Made by a program: the position numbers and the translations under genes
Notes under the pieces: generated by a model
What the model saw: only the letters and a program-made list of their open reading frames with translations
What the model was told of the DNA's origin: nothing
Database searches by the model: none
Part shown: one piece after another, positions 16,241-19,416 of the stretch
Numbering within the stretch: the first letter of the stretch is position 1
How the letters are laid out: each line of letters opens with the position of its first letter
Origin: Tubiluchus corallicola
Taxonomy: Eukaryota; Animalia; Priapulida
Length of the DNA: 19,416 nucleotides
Direction: 5' to 3'
Assembly (NCBI GenBank): GCA_030141605.1
Contig: JAQGDQ010002487.1
Coordinates: 1 to 19,416 of the forward strand

Positions 16241-17759
16241 ATGTCAGTATAGAATTTTAAAGAAGATACAGCTTTTAGTATCTGTGTAATGATAAAGAAG
16301 ATTACAGCAATAATAGAATTACTTTATAAAAAGTAAATATATATTCTAGAGGTACCCAACAATATATTACTCAATCTATAAATCATCTGTAGAGGAAATT
16401 ACAGGGTACCCATCTGTGTTGGGAGGGCGCGTAAAAACGCTTCATCCAAAGGTGTTTGGAGGTATTTTATATAAAAGAGATAGTGAAAATGACAGAAAAG
16501 AAATAGAGCAATATAAAATACCGTCCATAGATATGGTGATAGTTGACCTCTATCCCTTTGAAGAAACGGTAGCATCAGACGCAACAGAGCAAGAAATTAT
16601 AGAAAAGATAGATATAGGAGGGATATCACTTATAAGAGCAACAGCTAAAAACTACAAAGATACATTTATTGTATCTTCTCAACAACAGTATGGTAAAGTG
16701 TTAGAATTGTTGAATGAAAATGGTATGAAGACTTCATTGGAGCAGCGACGCCAATTTTCTATGGAAGCATTTGATATTTCATCTACCTATGATATTGCCA
16801 TTTTTGACTATTTTAACAGAGGCATACAGACAAAAGTATTTAAAAAGAACATTAAAAATAGAAGATTGCTTAGATACGGAGAAAACCCACACCAAAAGGC
16901 AGCGTATTATGGAAATCTTAATGAAATATTGGAACAAATACATGGTAAAGAATTGTCGTTTAATAACTTAGTAGACATAGACGCAGCGATTCAATTGATA
17001 CAAGAGTTTGACTCCAGTACTGCCTTTGCAATTCTCAAACATACTAACCCTTGTGGGTGTGCCATAGGCAATACTGTTAAAGATGCATATTTAAGAGCAT
17101 TTCAAGCAGATACAATTTCTGCTTTTGGAGGAATATTAGTCTGCAACAAGCCCATAGATACAGAGGCGGCAGAACAAATACATCAATTGTTTTTTGAAGT
17201 ACTTATAGCGCCTCAATTTTCCAATGATGCATTAGATATATTAAAGCAGAAAAAAAACAGAATACTTTTGATGCTCAAAGAATTTCCTAAAAACCAAGAA
17301 CAGCATAAAAGCATGCTTAATGGTGTTATTGTTCAGGATGTTGATTTTAAAACTGATAAAGAGCAAGACATAAAAGTAGTGACGAAAAAGCAACCATCAA
17401 AAGAACAATTAAAAGATTTGATATTTGCAAGCAAAGTATGCAAGCACACCAAGTCAAACGCTATAGTGCTAGCAAATCAAGGGCAATTGATAAGTAGTGG
17501 GGTAGGGCAAACATCAAGAGTAGACGCCTTGAAACAAGCGATAAAAAAAGCTAAGAATTTTAACATGCCATTAGAAAATTCAGTGATGGCTTCGGACGCC
17601 TTTTTCCCTTTTCCTGATTGTGTGGAAATAGCAAGCAAAGAAAATATAGCTTCTATTATTCAGCCTGGAGGCTCCATAAAAGATAAAAATTCTATTGATT
17701 GCTGCAATGATAACAATATTTCTATGGTGTTTTCAAAAACAAGACATTTTAAGCATTAA
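16241..17759 (+). CDS. purH: Bifunctional AICAR transformylase / IMP cyclohydrolase; first ~150 nt broken by multiple small deletions
   Basis: Intact from about 16386: SVEEITGYPSVLGGRVKTLHP, EKIDIGG, LRYGENPHQ, KHTNPCG, GQTSRVDA, ASDAFFPF, IQPGGS and RHFKH. Upstream fragments LVSV, AIIELL and VNIYSRGTQQYI occur in shifting frames. Confidence 0.93.
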
Positions 17760-17806
17760 AAAAAGAAAAAACTTTTTTTTGTTAAAAAAAATGCTTTTTT
17801 ATTTAT

Positions 17807-17814
17807 TACCTTTG
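17807..17814 (+). promoter_or_regulatory. Bacteroidota -7 element upstream of mreB
   Basis: TACCTTTG about 60 nt before ATG 17876. Confidence 0.5.
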
Positions 17815-17875
17815 TAAGTATATTTTACCGGGCAAAATTTACATACTTCATTAATTATAAAAAATATACAAGAAC

Positions 17876-18904
17876 ATGGGTTTTTTTGACTTCTTCACAA
17901 AAGATATAGCAATAGATTTAGGTACAGCTAACACCCTTATTATACGAGACAATAAGATAGTTTTAGATGAACCCTCCATTATAGCTATTGATAAACGCAA
18001 TCCTAACAAAATAATAGCCATAGGTAGAGAAGCCATGCAGATGCATGAGAAAACACATGAGTTTATTAGAACCATAAGGCCATTGAAGGATGGGGTTATA
18101 GCTGATTTTTATGCAGCGGAACACATGATTAGGGGAATGATTAAGATGACAGAAAATAAAAGAAGCCTTTTCCCTACTACTTTTCGTATGATTGTTTGTA
18201 TCCCATCTGGAATTACAGAAGTAGAAAAAAGAGCGGTAAGAGACTCAGGTGAGCAAGCAGGAGCAAGAGAAGTTTTTATGATACACGAACCTATTGCAGC
18301 TGCTTTAGGCATAGGTGTGAATATTGATAGACCATTGGGATCTATGATAGTAGATATTGGAGGAGGAACAACAGAAATTGCCGTAATAGCACTATCAGGA
18401 ATAGTATGTAATCAATCTGTGAGAACAGCAGGAGATGCCTTAAATAGAGATATTTTAGACTATATGAGAAGGCAACATAACCTTTTAGTAGGAGAGAGAA
18501 CTGCAGAAAGAGTGAAAATAGAAATAGGCTCAGCACTTACAGAACTGCAAGACCCTCCAGAAGATTATGAGGTGAGAGGACGTGACTTGATGACAGGAAT
18601 ACCAAAAGTAGTAAGGGTGTCCTACTCTGAAATAGCGCTTGCAATAGATAAGTCCATATCTAAAATTGAAGACTCTGTGTTGAAAGCCCTTGAATTTTCA
18701 CCACCAGAATTGGCAGCCGATATATATGATAACGGCTTGCACTTGACAGGAGGAGGAGCATTATTAAAAGGATTAGCTGAACGACTTCATAGAAGAACAA
18801 AACTAAATATACATGTAGCAGAAGATCCATTAAGGGCTGTGGTGAGAGGAACAGGAATAGCATTGGCTAACCAAGAAAAAATGAAAGCCGTGTTGCTAAA
18901 ATAA
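17876..18904 (+). CDS. mreB: Rod shape-determining protein MreB
   Basis: Motifs IDLGTANT, IRPLKDGVIADF, PSGITEVEKRAV, DIGGGTTEIAV, GRDLMTGIP and LTGGGALL. Confidence 0.97.
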   Translation: MGFFDFFTKDIAIDLGTANTLIIRDNKIVLDEPSIIAIDKRNPNKIIAIGREAMQMHEKTHEFIRTIRPLKDGVIADFYAAEHMIRGMIKMTENKRSLFPTTFRMIVCIPSGITEVEKRAVRDSGEQAGAREVFMIHEPIAAALGIGVNIDRPLGSMIVDIGGGTTEIAVIALSGIVCNQSVRTAGDALNRDILDYMRRQHNLLVGERTAERVKIEIGSALTELQDPPEDYEVRGRDLMTGIPKVVRVSYSEIALAIDKSISKIEDSVLKALEFSPPELAADIYDNGLHLTGGGALLKGLAERLHRRTKLNIHVAEDPLRAVVRGTGIALANQEKMKAVLLK

Positions 18905-18911
18905 ATAGGTA

Positions 18912-19416
18912 ATGAAAAGAAAAACATTTGTATCCTCCTATTTGTTTTTACTTTTATTTATAGCACTTGAATTTTTAAGCATTTGGCTGTTGGTAAAAGA
19001 GAAACCTAATGTAAATAGTAGCTTCACTTCTTCCAATGCAATTGTAGGTACAATCTATGAACTAAAACAGAGTTTCTTTGATTATTTTGATTTAATACAA
19101 CAAAACAGAGAGTTAGAAGAGGAGAATGAAATTTTAATAGAAAAGCTGAGAAGAGCGTATAAAAATGCTGCCCCAAGTTTAAGACATGATACTCAAACAC
19201 TTGATTTTTTACCTGAATACAACCTTATTCCTGCAAAAATTATTAACAAAAGCATAAACAAATTTCATAATTATATTACCATAAATAAAGGAGCAATACA
19301 TGGCATTAAACCCAATATGGGAGTTATAACGAGAAAAGGTGTTGTAGGAAAAGTAAAACATGTTTCACGACGGTTTGCAACCATATCATTACTCTTAAAT
19401 ACAAACGTTTATGTGT
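18912..19416 (+). CDS. mreC: Rod shape-determining protein MreC, 3' end outside the window (absent from the ORF track)
   Basis: Open from ATG 18912 to the window end: TM FLLLFIALEFLSIWLL, coiled coil NRELEEENEIL, then IPAKIINKSINKFHNYITINKG...GVVGKV. Lies directly after mreB. Confidence 0.92.
   Translation, partial: MKRKTFVSSYLFLLLFIALEFLSIWLLVKEKPNVNSSFTSSNAIVGTIYELKQSFFDYFDLIQQNRELEEENEILIEKLRRAYKNAAPSLRHDTQTLDFLPEYNLIPAKIINKSINKFHNYITINKGAIHGIKPNMGVITRKGVVGKVKHVSRRFATISLLLNTNVYV

Noticed and set aside
312-18863. Short antisense or alternate-frame ORFs in the track (e.g. 312-695, 3973-4356, 5476-5901, 11890-12171, 13786-14367, 18109-18312)
   Set aside because: They are shadows of well-supported genes, with no motifs or independent expression signals.
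1-19416. CRISPR array, tRNA/rRNA, IS element, prophage or defence genes
   Set aside because: No regularly spaced repeats, cloverleaf-like sequences, terminal inverted repeats, or transposase, integrase or defence-type nuclease motifs were seen by eye; a covariance-model scan would be needed to exclude small RNAs.

Overview
AT-rich bacterial DNA, most likely Bacteroidota (probably Cytophagales-like). This is inferred from TAnnTTTG-type promoters, the purH-mreB-mreC gene order, PorT-like beta-barrels and a lipoprotein with an acidic stretch after the Cys. The left half is accessory: (i) a tightly packed sugar operon (MFS permease, BadF-type sugar kinase, archaeal-GlmU-like nucleotidyl/acetyltransferase, single-SIS-domain protein); (ii) a short stand-alone leuA behind a perfect 24-bp palindrome; (iii) a 697-aa surface lipoprotein with three Ig-like repeats and a GLUG-type domain; (iv) a frameshifted GH65 phosphorylase, followed directly by a decayed copy of the lipoprotein gene's 3' end. 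The right half is mostly core: an AtpI-like membrane protein, nth, two outer-membrane barrels, an uncharacterised polytopic membrane protein, ftsB-like, Dabb, purH, mreB and a partial mreC. Several genes (MFS, GH65, ftsB-like, Dabb, purH 5' end) are broken by clustered small indels that look more like consensus errors than true pseudogenisation. I saw no rRNA, tRNA, CRISPR array, transposase, integrase or reverse transcriptase. All family calls come from motif recognition by eye, not database searches.
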